A stretch of DNA of 63,223 nucleotides, filler included, from Lenisia limosa (Eukaryota > Protista > Breviatea), in assembly GCA_001655205.1 (NCBI GenBank). It is 6 parts of 6 records of this genome, joined end to end, with 100 filler letters (N's around TTAATTAATTAA, not from the genome) between each part and the next. Parts side by side here need not be neighbours in the genome. Positions count along the whole stretch, not along the records: positions 15,773 to 39,584 come from LPNZ01005501.1; 5 more parts are not named here. One strand, written 5' to 3'. Numbering within the stretch: position 1 is the stretch's first letter; every line of letters starts with the position of its first letter. The notes beneath the pieces are model-generated. The model did no database searches, was not told the DNA's origin, and saw only the letters and a program-made list of their open reading frames with translations. This document shows, piece after piece, positions 22,832 to 35,208 of the stretch. Made by a program: the position numbers and the translations under genes.

Positions 22832-25800
22832 ATGAAGCCGTCTCGTACACCAAGTGCCTGCCATGCGTGTAGAAGGTCCAAAGTCAAATGCAGGTTGAAG
22901 GGCTTTTCGGTCCAGTCTTGGATAACGGATTTGTTTGATGGACTGATCGGGTTTAACGGATGTAAATTCCATGTGATTGATCTCATTAAATCCTAAGAGG
23001 TATTAATCTTTTTAACCGTACTCAATCCAAGATGCTGTCCCTAATTTATCAACATTCACATTTTCTGTTTTAACATCTTTCTTACAGCGGTCCGCCTACA
23101 TGCACTCGATGCCAAAAACGACAGATCAGTATGGGGGAGGGGGGTACTTCCTACTCCATTTGCTTTGAAATAATGATCTGGTGTTCATTGACAACTCGTT
23201 TTAACCCCCCAGGCTGCCAGTTTGATGTGGACTCGCGGACTTTGAAATGGCAAGTCAATGTACCGAAGCAGCAAGGCATCCCATCACACCACCCTGCCCA
23301 TCCTCCCAGACATGGCCACATCACCTGTCCTTCACAACATTCATATCTTCTTGGTACCGGTCCTGCTCCTTCTTCATACCCATCATTACCCCCCACTTAT
23401 TCTTCAATACCCCATCAGCAACAGATGCCCCCTAGTGTACCGCATTTTGCTGAAACAGACCTGTCGCAAATACAGAATGAAGAGGTTGGGTTACTGTTAT
23501 TCAATTCATATTTTTCTAAAGGGTCTTTATTATGTTCATTATTTCATTCTGTAGCACGAATTCCTTGACAACAGTGCCTACTTAGAAGGACTTCAGGGTC
23601 GAAGTGTAAGCGGCTAACCACTCTTTTGCTTGGGATTTTGCAATTACCGTAACATGAGGATCGCTATGCTATCTTGTAATACTTCACATAATGGGTGTAA
23701 CTTGCATCAGCTCAATACTTGAAGTGTTAATACGCAATATTCAAGTTTGTCAGGAACAGCAAATCCAAGACCACTCGTCAGTCTTCTTCCAACAGCACAA
23801 CCCTTCTTCACTGGCCCACACATACACTCTCCCAAAGCCCCCACAAAGCCACTTTCAGAGCCTTGCTGATCATGTTCGGACCTTACCGGCGGAAAGAGAA
23901 GAGCCAAAGCCACTGGACCCTATTGAACGCATTATTCCCCCCCGTCCACTAAGCCCTCAGACCAGCTTCCTCGATACAAGTCACACTGCTCCTGCAAAGG
24001 TTGATTGGCAGCTATGAGTGTGAAATGAAACAGGATTTCGATAACCCTATTGATTATGTCTCTAATGTGGGATACTAACCCTACAGATTCTTCTTGATAT
24101 GAACGACAACTCAGGGTCCAGAGAATCTAGTTAGTGGAGAGGATTTTCAAAAAGGAATAGCTTTCGTATGTGTAACTAAGGTAGAAAAGATAACATATAT
24201 TACTCACCTTACAAAATCTCTCTTAACAGCTTAGGCCATTTTGGTGATATTGGAAAGATCAGAAGTACGTTTGTCATGGTCAACGAGGGCTTTAGTCCCT
24301 CGCGGTTCACCACCAACTTCTCGGACGAGTTTCTAAACCAATACTTGGAGTTTATGAAGCTTTCGCCTCCTGGTTTGCTGAATGTTATTGCAAGCTGCCA
24401 GTAAATTCACTTTTTTTGTTTTAATTCCACGCCAGACAGTGAAAGACTCCTAAGGTACACACTGGAAGCGTCTCAAACAGACTCAGCCCCGGTGGTCCAA
24501 ATGGTTCGGAACAAGCCCGCTCGATCTGATTCTTTTGACCGTGGGAAGGGGATGTAGTGTGTCATATTTTATTTATCTTTTCTTGACAAAAATTTAGTTT
24601 ACTTTTTCTTTTTACTTCAAACCAAACTTCCATAACGTGTTGTTTATTCTGTTTAGAGGAGATCAGTGAAGCTGACGTTGCAGCGATTAAAGCAAGCGTA
24701 AGAGCTTCATGGACTAATTATGTATCCTTTTTAGTTCCTATTCATGAGGTAATTTTTTCTAGTCTTTAAGCTACCGAAAAACTAACCCAAGATCATTCCT
24801 AACTCATAATGGTCAGATATCATATGTAAATATTACCCCACTGATGTCTAAATGTTGCACTAGAAAACCAACCCGGCGTCAGTGATTGAAATGATTCGCC
24901 ACAATATGAAGCAATCCGAGGAGCTTGCTGGTTTGAGGGGGGTTGCCTTCTCAACACAGGCAAATAATTGTTTAATCATTCTTAGAAATCCTGTGTCAAC
25001 CTCAAAACAATAATATTTGATATACTATCTGTGCTTGATGATTAGTTCAGTCATACTCACTGTATTCTGATTTATATTACTACTCAGGGCTGTAATTAAT
25101 TCTTATCATAGAGTGATATGTAGATATACTGTATGTCATTGTTTCCACCTGAATTAGTATTTTCCTGTCAGTTTTTGACCTTTTAGTCACCAACATTCAG
25201 CGTCAAAGGCAAGACCCTGTTCTTGGTGAGGCAACAAGTTTATTGGTCTTCATACGGTAGTCGTCAAATATACAGCATATATGTATATACTATATGATAT
25301 TGTATAAGTTGTCCCAAGGGGGGGGGTCTCAAATTATACATAATATATACATGTATGGGGGTATGGGTTCAGGGGGTAAAATATACATAGTTTTTAAAAA
25401 ATCATTTTGTTGGTAAATAGATGGGAAATTTGCCTGAAATGAGTAAAACTATTTTTTAATTTCTCTGAAATCTAAGATTTGATAAAATATCCTCTTCTGG
25501 TTGATTCATATGAGGAAGCCACCAATTAGTTGGATAATTTTTTTTGTTTTAAAAGTTTTAAATTTTGACCACAAGATAATATAGTATACATAATGGGTGG
25601 GCCAAGTATATACATAACAAATACATGACGGCTCCATGGGGTATGGGGTAAAGGCTTATATTCAAATATGTATATATTTGACGACCACCCTAAACAGAAC
25701 ATTGTTTATTCATTAGGGAACAACCAAAGCAGCACTAGACATTTTACTACTTAGGGGCCAGCGTGGTGGATTTGATTGAAACCTTTCGACACCATCGTGA

Positions 25801-26597
25801 TGACATTTATGACCCATTGGCAACAATTGCAAAGTGAGATGGTGTTCTCTAATTCAGTTTCATTGGTTCAATTTATGGTTGACCATGGATTTTACAATTA
25901 TTCGATATCCATCACTTCAAAAAGGGGATTTGAAGATTCCTTCAACGCAAGAGTATAACGCATTATTTCAACACATTTAGGATATTCAGCTGTGTATCGC
26001 GCCCTGACTTGGATGAGCGACTGGTCACAACATCAGCCCGTTATGACCTTTATAGTTGGCGACGCTCATCAGTTGTTCCCCCCATCAGACCTCCAAATCT
26101 TTTACCTCCGTGATATCAACTACTGTATATGATATAATGTAATTATTTACAGTAATATATCTAATACAATTAATTCAAGTTTTGTTATTAGCATTATATT
26201 TTAAGAATCATTATCTGCACTTTGTAACAAGTAGGTACGTTCTTTTGTTTAGAGCGAGTACTGGGGCCACGAATTGAACCGAAATGGATCGTTTTCCCGG
26301 AAAATACGGTTAGCGTTTGGAGATGTTGAGAGTTTGGAAATACTTTGCCTCAACTAAATTTCCCATTGTTGACCACCCAGAGTGACATTTTCCTCTCGGA
26401 ATGTGTTTGTTTCTTGGCAGTATGTTCATTAGGCCTCTTCGATCATGCAGTCCAGTATGGGGGCTTTGTAAAACAATTAAAATATTAAATTACCGTCTCC
26501 TGTTTTCGATAGTAGGCTATCTTTTGAACCCCCCGTACCCAATAGAATGTCAACAAAACAATGGTATATTACTACATATTATCATACTATGTATATC

Positions 26598-26629
<32 letters not shown>

Positions 26630-29600
26630 CTTGTGTTCGACACCATATATAATACATATTTCTGTTTCTTTTCCTGGGAACTGAAGATAAACCCAGTCTT
26701 TCTTCATTATTGCAACCTCAATGTCGATGAAATCCGAACTCAACCCTGTTCTTTTGGCATTTTCCAGTTTAACTACAATCACAGAATTCTGCAAAGCCTG
26801 AACGACCGTTTGGAATCTGTCATGGCCAAATCGCCGAAGGAGTCTGCAGTCTATGCCCTCTCCCTACTCATTCAGATTCACCATGATTTCGCTGACCACG
26901 CTTCGGCTAGAATGGTGGGGATGGCAGATTATTACTCAGCTTTACTAGTTAACTCTACATCCTAGAGTAACACCACATACGTGGATAATTGTGCGAAATA
27001 AGTTCAAATACAACTATCAAATTCATAAGCGCAATTTTAATCCTCCCCAGTTTCTAACAAAGGCCGAGATCATCATCAACAGCTTGCCTTCAGTTAACAA
27101 TGACGTGCTCTTTGACCTTGCGTTGGCCGACACCGTCTGTAACACCAGTTGGCAGTGGACAGATTAGTGTTTTGTCATAATAGTTTTTTTCGAGAAAAGC
27201 TCACAAATTGCATGATATGTTGATAATATTAAGTGGGTCCTGCACATGTACATACATATGATATACCCTTTGGAAATCTCTTACGGTTCAGCTGAGCTGC
27301 CAGTGTCCCATGATCTCCTCCAGCAACATCCCTTTATGGCCATTATCCTGTGGGGGGGGGGGGTATCTTGAGTCTTGATCTGAACTGGTTCTTGTTTTTT
27401 TCGGTAAAGTTCCACATATTCATCGTGAATGTAGGTCGTATGAGAACCTGTGTGGCTCGGGCGATGTGAGAAGAATCACCCAGTACCCATGCTATAACCA
27501 ACAAAACAGGTAGGCTGTGCTTAGAGGGTTTTTTTGTACACTACTTTATTATCAAGCTCTGATTTCTTGTTATGTCATGTTTCTCTCTAAATCAGTAGAT
27601 TGCCAGATCACTCCCAGCCAACTCCTTTCCAGTGAGTATGGGACACTAAAAATTGAATCCGTTCCTAATCAATCTTTTACTTTAATTCATTTTATCTGTA
27701 ACAGAGAACAAATGAATCTTTGATCAAAGAATATTTGTTTTGAACCCTTACGCTGAATCCCCTCAGTATGCCTGACCGAGACGATGATATGCCCTGGGAC
27801 TCAACCCACATGATCAAAATCAACAACCACGTTTTACCCTTGAACCATAATACCTTTGTACTTTATTTGGCGGTTGGGGGATGGATGTGTAATCTCATTC
27901 TACATTACCATATTATCATACGCAATACTTTTCCATCATTGAAACAGGTGTATGCTAGGTAGAATTAGCACTCTTACACCATCGCAACACAGATTTGGAG
28001 ACGCTACTTTCAGTTCTGCATGTCATGCCCCGAGGGGATCTACGAAGATCAGTTTTTCAGTCAAGTTGTTTGGTTTAGTATGGGGGGAGGGGGCACCTTG
28101 CAATTAATTGCCAATTAATTGAAAATAATTGCGTAATATGTTGCAATCTTTTGGAGAGAATCATATTATCTATAATGTTATTTTGAAATACAGCTAATTA
28201 TTGAGTGGCTGTTGGAAACTTTCAAGAATACAAAGGTTTAAACCGTTTTCATTTCAGATTTTATGAGTCTTGATAAATTACTGAAGAATATACTTGTGTT
28301 TATTTCTCTTTTTTAGGCAACAATTACATTTTTCAATTTATTGCCAATTTATTGCGCAATTATTTTCAGTTAATTGTCAAATATTTGCGATGATCAGGCA
28401 ATTAATTGAAAAAATAGTTACCGGCAATTAATTGCAATTAATTGCACTGAGCCCTAGATAATGATTTTGTGTTGTACTGGCAATTTACATTTATCTTTTT
28501 TTGTATGTCTTGTGGTGATATTATAAAATTGTAATTTGAAGTTGCTGAAGTATTATGAAACCCTGACAGTCTGAATAGTCTTGATCTTACACTGCCAGAA
28601 TCGATTATGGCCTTGCTGTACTTCCGCTCAGGAGACTTCAAAGGAGGCGTGGAGCTCGTCAAGGCATATTTGGACATCTTTAAAGTTGTTGGGGATTAGA
28701 ACCCTGTTCCTGAACCCTGAATTTCTTGTTTCTAATTTCATATCAAGACAAATTCCATAGACTTTAACACGAAAGAGCCAATATCTAAATTCCCTCCTCG
28801 CATTGACGATTTAGAGTGACCCAGTGTTGTTCTGCACCATTCAATATGTGTCAGTCATTATCATGCAGAAAACGTTCTGGTTTCTTGCAGTCTGCGGTCA
28901 GGTATGTACAGAGAGATAGAGTGGAATATATTTCGACCCCCAAATACTCAATTTCCCAATACAGTTTGCAGTGTTCAGCATGGTGTTCTTGATGCAAGGA
29001 TCGGGTATTATAGATACCCTCCGCTATTTCAACCTTGAAATGAAAGTGAAAGCTAATAATAGATGACACATATCAACTATTTCTCTTTGATTGTTGTGTT
29101 TGAAGCAGCTTTTTACTTTGTAGAGAGACGTAATGAACGACTTATACCTTACTTACTGCTCTGCTTCAAGTAGGCCACCCAATACATTTTTATTGTCAAA
29201 ATAATCAAATAATCAAGCCTTGGAAATTATGAATAAATACCATATCAATGTTGTAATAGTTAAAGAAACCGACAACTTGGTAAAGTGCCTGTTCTTCATG
29301 AAGATATTAGATAAACGATACTAAGAGTCATCTCTTCATGAAGAACAGGCACTTTACCAAGTCTTAGTATCGTTTATCTAATCTACCAGCCCCACGTTTG
29401 AAGAACTTACTGCAACCCATCATCAAGGACCTAGAAGCCTACTTAATGTACATGAACCTCTCAGACCCTCTTCCAGCTGGTGGGAGTATGATGTGATTGA
29501 ACAACATTCAATATAACCTTCATATGTTATTATGATCTATTCTACGTAATAATTTAGATTATGTGTGTCCCACATTCTTTTGCTACCTATATTCTTATTT

Positions 29601-30714
29601 TCATGCAGCAAAACCCCTGGCCTCCCCTGAAATGAAGGTTATTGATCCTCGCAATCCCTTCTGTAACTATACCATGTCTTGTCTCGTCTTTCTCCACTGG
29701 CGTAACATGTCCAATCCTAACTCCCCTCCTTTTAAGGTCAGTCGGTTTTGGGAATATATATTTGTGCTTTTTGACAAAATTCAAGCATGTGGGGATAATT
29801 TATTGGATTAGAGATAAACTAAAGTAACGAAAGTCTCAAAATCTACCTAGTGATTAATTCCAATCACCAAACCAGCTGTATCCTGGAGGAGCTCTTTCAG
29901 CCACACGATGCCACTTTGTCAACAAAGGCCCTCTTCGCATACCTAGCTGTCTCCCAGAGTCGTGCAAGAGGACCCTCCTGGCTATCTCTGAACAAATGCC
30001 GGTGGGTGGTGTGAGATGGATATTAAATCCTATTTAATACCGGAAATTGTTCCTTCTTTCGCTTACTGCTCAGTCTGAAGGAAACCGATCACTCTTCCAC
30101 ATGCTCCCAACCTGTCCTCTTGGAATTCCACGGTTCTTCCCCAAGAACCCTCCCTTTGACAAGCTCATTGAGTTTGAACTCTTCAACCTCGACCAGCCCA
30201 CCATCTCATTTATGCAACCATGCAACGACAAATCGTGAGGTGACTTTAAGGGGTTCACTTCGGGTTTGAAAGCGGATTTGGGGGACTAAAAAGATCACTT
30301 TTCGATACTGTAAACGGTTGACGCCCTGAGCACCTTCATTATTCGTATTTTATTATCATCAGACACCGGCAGCCTTTTGTTCTCATGGCCAAAATTGGTG
30401 ATGATAAAGACAACCCCAAGTGTAGGTGGAGAGGCCATGTTCTCTTGAATCAGACTTAGTCTTTAATTTCTTGCTCCTCAATGCGATGTTGTTAAGGCAT
30501 CAGCCTAGCCTTTCCCTTCTTTTAGTTTTGATCTTTCCTTCACGTAATAGGCGATCCGGTGGCAGTTCCAGCTCTTGTCCGGGGGCTTTTCACCCAGAAA
30601 TTTGAGCCACCTACCCGAAGCCGAATGCTTTCACCGGACCACACTAAGTACGTGCACCCGGACCCTGAAATGACGGAGGATGATTTACAGAGGCCTCTTC
30701 CTATGAAAATTTAA
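22832..30714 (+). CDS. Zn(II)2Cys6 binuclear-cluster transcription factor with long uncharacterised C-terminal region (possibly two genes)
   Basis: Three exons (22859-23217) splice to CHACRRSKVKC-x5-CTRCQKRQI-x-C, i.e. C-x2-C-x6-C-x5-C-x2-C-x6-C. A Pro/Gln/His-rich linker and many in-phase exons follow, to a stop at 30712-30714. The 3' extent is less certain. Confidence 0.75.
28088..28456. mobile_element. Probable hAT-like MITE family E with GCAATTAATTG subterminal repeats (partial copy at about 10123-10180)
   Basis: Ends GCAATTAATTGCACTGAGCCCTA; the 10123 copy begins TAGGGCGCACTGCAATTAATT. No clear TSD. Confidence 0.55.
29275..29382. repeat. Interleaved inverted repeats A-B-A'-B'
   Basis: A 29275-29304 pairs perfectly with 29333-29362 (30 bp); B 29306-29326 pairs perfectly with 29362-29382 (21 bp). 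Confidence 0.95.
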
Positions 30715-30849
30715 GTTAATTTCTGTTACACGCTATTTATGTTTCTTGTTTTGAAGTTGTGCAGTACTTTTGTTGTTGCTTTTGTTGATGTATGATCAGC
30801 CCATTGAGAGTAAGGGGATAACTAATAATAGAATTATGTGTTTCTTAGA

Positions 30850-33800
30850 GAACAACTACATAACACCATGACACCATACCAAGTACCTGCAACTCAGCAG
30901 CCTTACACCATAGCGATAACAAGACCCGCAAGGCACACCAGCAAAAATACTGAGTTGTAAACAATTCAGCAGAAGTGATTATGTGAAGAAAGTACCCTGC
31001 ATACTGGTAAGAACAAGAATGTCGAGATTCAAAGGATCAGAGACTGTCAGAGAAAGGTCAACACTAAGACGTCAGGGCATAGATTATTTGAACGTCAAAG
31101 TCAGGTTATATTGATATGATATATATTCAATTGCATTTTTCAGAGGATTGTCAAAAATTTGCCACAAGACTTCTTACATTGTCTCTTCGAGAGTTGGAAT
31201 TATTGAGAGAGGGTGGTAACTCAAGTGGCTGATAAACCTCGAAAATTGCCTGAGTAGTTACCTAACATATAACTAACATGAAAGTTAAATTGTCAATAAA
31301 AAAAATCAAAACTCATTTGCAAGCATATGATATATCATATGTACAGGTTACATGTAGTAAATATTATGAAATGATCACAACTAAATGTATCTTGTGGAGC
31401 TATACCGCCAACGAAGGACCACGGTATCGGTGGAAGCTGGAGGTTGCTGGGGAGGGAAGCACATACGATGCACTACCTGGATTGATAATTTGAAATGAAA
31501 TTATCACAATTGTACTGCTCTGCATTCACTATTATGTTATCAGGATTTTACTAAGTCCCTTCATTGGAAAAGTACCACCATATAAACTCAACTCCTCTTA
31601 CCAGTTGCAGATGACGATCCACTTTCAATGTCCCAGTTCTGAACAAATCACTTTCAAAACAAATAGGAACTGAGTTCGATAGTATAATATACCACATCCA
31701 CATTCATCTGAAATCTTACCCCATGTGTAATCGTCATACATATCCCATACAAATACAACCGTAGCCAACTTTTGAATCAGAAGACGCGAACACAGATTGG
31801 ATTCTTTGAGTCAACCCCTCTTGAGTGATAAATATTGATATGGGGAAAAGACCACTCTCTCAACAACGGTTTATCAGAAAATTGATAATAGACTCAATTC
31901 ATCAAGAAGTGCGGACTTTTATGTGGATTTGCTCCTTTGAAATTAACCCAAGACCAACGTTTAGATGACGAGGGGAAAGGAATTGGCGATGAAGCCATTG
32001 GACGAACTTCCATAGTGATTATCAGTGAAGGTTTATCGCGTTGCTATCGAATCAAGTCCGACGGGTAACAAGATGGTGATGGTAATAGAGGAGAGGGAGC
32101 ACAATTGGACTTTTTTTGACAAGAATACCTTTTATTCAGAGCTAAGAAAGAATTTAAAACTGAATTGAAGAGCGATAAGAAGGTGAGTTATAAACAGACT
32201 ATGACATAGACAGATTACCTTATAAGGAAAGTCTCTATCGAATTTTTACCATTTTCAGGCGGCGGAGATTTTTGTCTGCTGGATGGACAGTCAAAAATTA
32301 TTTCCGTTCAATTCTCGTAAACAATACAGTAACCTGCACGTAACTTGATATTAATAAATTAATCACTGTAATAGCATCATCAACGTTTTCTGTGCAAAAT
32401 TGTTGGATTCCATAGTTTCAGCGCAGCAGACTCCAGCTTGTAAGGGACACGTTTCAAATTCCAACCCCTTCCAAACTTTCAAAAAGACAATCCGTACCAA
32501 AACTACCAGGCTTCCAAAACTCGACTCCCCATTTCTATTGAAGAGATGTCGGCTAATCTCCTCAAAACAAGATATTACCTCCTTTCTAGTATTTAAACTA
32601 TCTGCTATTAAAGGACAGAACATAGTTGGTTGGAAGAAAAAAGCAGAACTCAATGTAGAAAAAAATAGCTGAAAGAACACGTGTTACAGAAGTTGAAGCA
32701 GCTCGGGTGCAACAAGAAGGCACAGTAAAGACGCTTTCTAATCAATAAGATGTTGAATAGCAGTGATTTATCTTTTTCTATTTGGGAACAAACACCACAC
32801 ATATACATACCTTAATTTCATGGTAGCTCCATGACTCAAGAGTAAACCTATGTTCACCGTCAGTCGTTCTAACCTTGCCCATTTTGTCCATTTCAAACCC
32901 AACTGCCCCTCTGATAGGGGGGTTAATTTTAACCTAGAACGTCAACGTGTGAACAACAACTGGTCAATGATTGAAATAACCAACCCGCATAGAGTCCAAA
33001 GTAATGAATGCGACACAACTGTCATCGTTGTCATTGACCACAAAGTGGTGGGCCTCAGGGAGGGTGGATACTGAGCCGAGGGATTGAAGGTCACTATATG
33101 TGTTACAAGAGTATTACTGCCATAGGAAAAAATGTAATTTTAGGAAATTATGAGCCCCTAACATGTAAAGAAGTGCTGTGTTTACAAAATAAGAATAACA
33201 ACTTACGCGTCAAATGCTTCTAAGTCGCGAAGGTTGATACAACCTGCACAAAATTAGATTCAATGCAAAAGCTTCATAAGGGTTGAAATTAAATAAATAC
33301 ATAACCAAACCAAGGAATTGTCCATTTTTGTCAGCAACAATTCCTCTGGAGGTAACCTGGATAAATTAGGAATTTGTTTATCAAATTAAAATCACAGCAA
33401 AAAATGGACCCAATAATTGTAAGGGGGCGCCAAGGAGCGTGGGCGCGAGATCTTGGTAATTTGTTTATGGTATGTATCTCTATGTATTTATTTGTTTACC
33501 AAGATTATTTGATCAATTTCAGATATGTTCATTTATTCTGAATTTAAATGCCAGATAAACAACCCTCTTACTACTCCCCAAAGGTTTCCAAATCTATCAG
33601 TGATCATGCAGCCATCGCCACGAGTCATAAAAACAGCTTCTAAAATAATAATCAACTGAGAAAGAGCAATGCAAAAAGGCAGCTCTGTATCCAACCTTCA
33701 ACCCCCCATAGGGCTAATTCGAAGTTTAGCATAGTTTTTAAGTCCCTCACCCCCACTTTCATCATCAATCTCCTCGTTGCGCACATAACCGTCGTCCTCC

Positions 33801-34948
33801 ATTTCAAGGTCACTTTCCTCCTCTTCATCATCATCCTTCAGGCCCGCAGCCAACTTGATCTTCGCATCGTGAATCTAAATAGTTTGACGTACTTTACAGT
33901 ATTGTGAAAAAAAAAGTTCGATGTAAGATTGTAAGCATTTTTTGATCAATAAATATGAACGACGAGGACGGCTCTGGTCGGACGTACGTAAATTTTTATT
34001 GATTTCTATATACCATATACGTTTGATGCAAAAAATATAGCCTGCTTTTGGACTGAAAGCTCCTGGTATCAATATTTATGGGATTAGGAATTCAGGCTTC
34101 AGGGAAGCCTTATGAAATATAAGTGTAAAATGCACTGTTGTTTCATCTCGCACCTCTTCAAGAGTCATAGTTTCAGTAACATATTGATCCATTCTGAAGA
34201 CATTCCACAAGAACCGACCAAGTGCTTTGTAAATCACATAAAACTACATTAGTGAAACCAGAAAAAGATATAATTTCAAAAAGGCAAAATGTTATTTAAC
34301 AATAACTGTTTGCATACCACAACTGCGATCAAAAGCAAATCCGAGAATTTCACAGACTGGACGGTCACATCAACTACTGCTTCAACAGAAGGGTCTATAA
34401 TAATGTCAGAAGAATAAACTAAAGCCATGGTGAAAACAATGTTTCATACAGAATGATTCCTTGAAAGCAGTTACAACACTGATAAAAATCGGTTCGAGAA
34501 CGCTCAAAATGGGGTCTGTGGTGGGAGAAACCGCCGGTGCCACAAGAAGCCAGAACGCCTGAGAAAACTCTAAAGCAATGAATACACGCAGTTCATTGAA
34601 TGGATAGAAGTTCCCCCAATTCTCTTACCTCTTACAAATGAAAACACTGGTTCAAAAACACCCATAGCTGGGCAATTAGAACGAAACAGGGAAATAAAGA
34701 GATTAAGCGGTGGTGTGGAAAGAAATTACAGTAAACTTACGCCTACCTTGAAGTAAGCCATTCCATAAAGACATGGAAAGTGAGCACAGCCAGCTCCAAA
34801 CAACCAACAGCCAGGGCTCAACAGCATGATAGAAATCATCACAGGCTGGCTTCAGCGGGGCAATGAGGTCGAGGAAGTAAGTCCAAAGCTCCATTGAAAT
34901 TTGGGAAACGTATCTTGCATTTTCATAGAGCTCTTCAGCCGAAACCAT
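30850..34948 (-). CDS. Hypothetical membrane protein (N-terminal hydrophobic helices, acidic linker)
   Basis: Chain of GT-AG exons from MVSAEELYEN: SDLLLIAVVFYVIYKALGRFLW, KDDDEEEESDLEMEDD, RKRLYCAFLLHPSCF, FGRGWNLKRVPY. No family recognised and the 3' end is approximate. Confidence 0.55.
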
Positions 34949-35208
34949 GTTGGAATCCTTCAAATCCCAATCAGTTAAAGATAGTGGTGGTGCGATTGAA
35001 GAAGATTAGATGTGTTTTGTATATTTTTTGTGGTAGTGTGGTATGTGAGTAGAGAAGAGGACGAGAGGACGAGAGGAGACGGGAGACGGAGAACAACCGC
35101 AAGAAAACACTGGTCCAAGATTAACAACTACGACCGCAAACCACCTGAAACCAAGGCCAAGAAGGCACCAAATAGGTATTTACCAAGCTTAATCAATAGA
35201 ACCACACT

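Noticed and set aside
25310-25695. A further hAT-like element ending GACCACCCTA
   Set aside because: Only one convincing terminus, no TSD and no clear second full copy in the window.
32308-32310. In-frame TGA (selenocysteine or readthrough) in the minus-strand orphan gene
   Set aside because: A downstream acceptor (ttgactgtccatccag) gives an open in-phase exon without the TGA.
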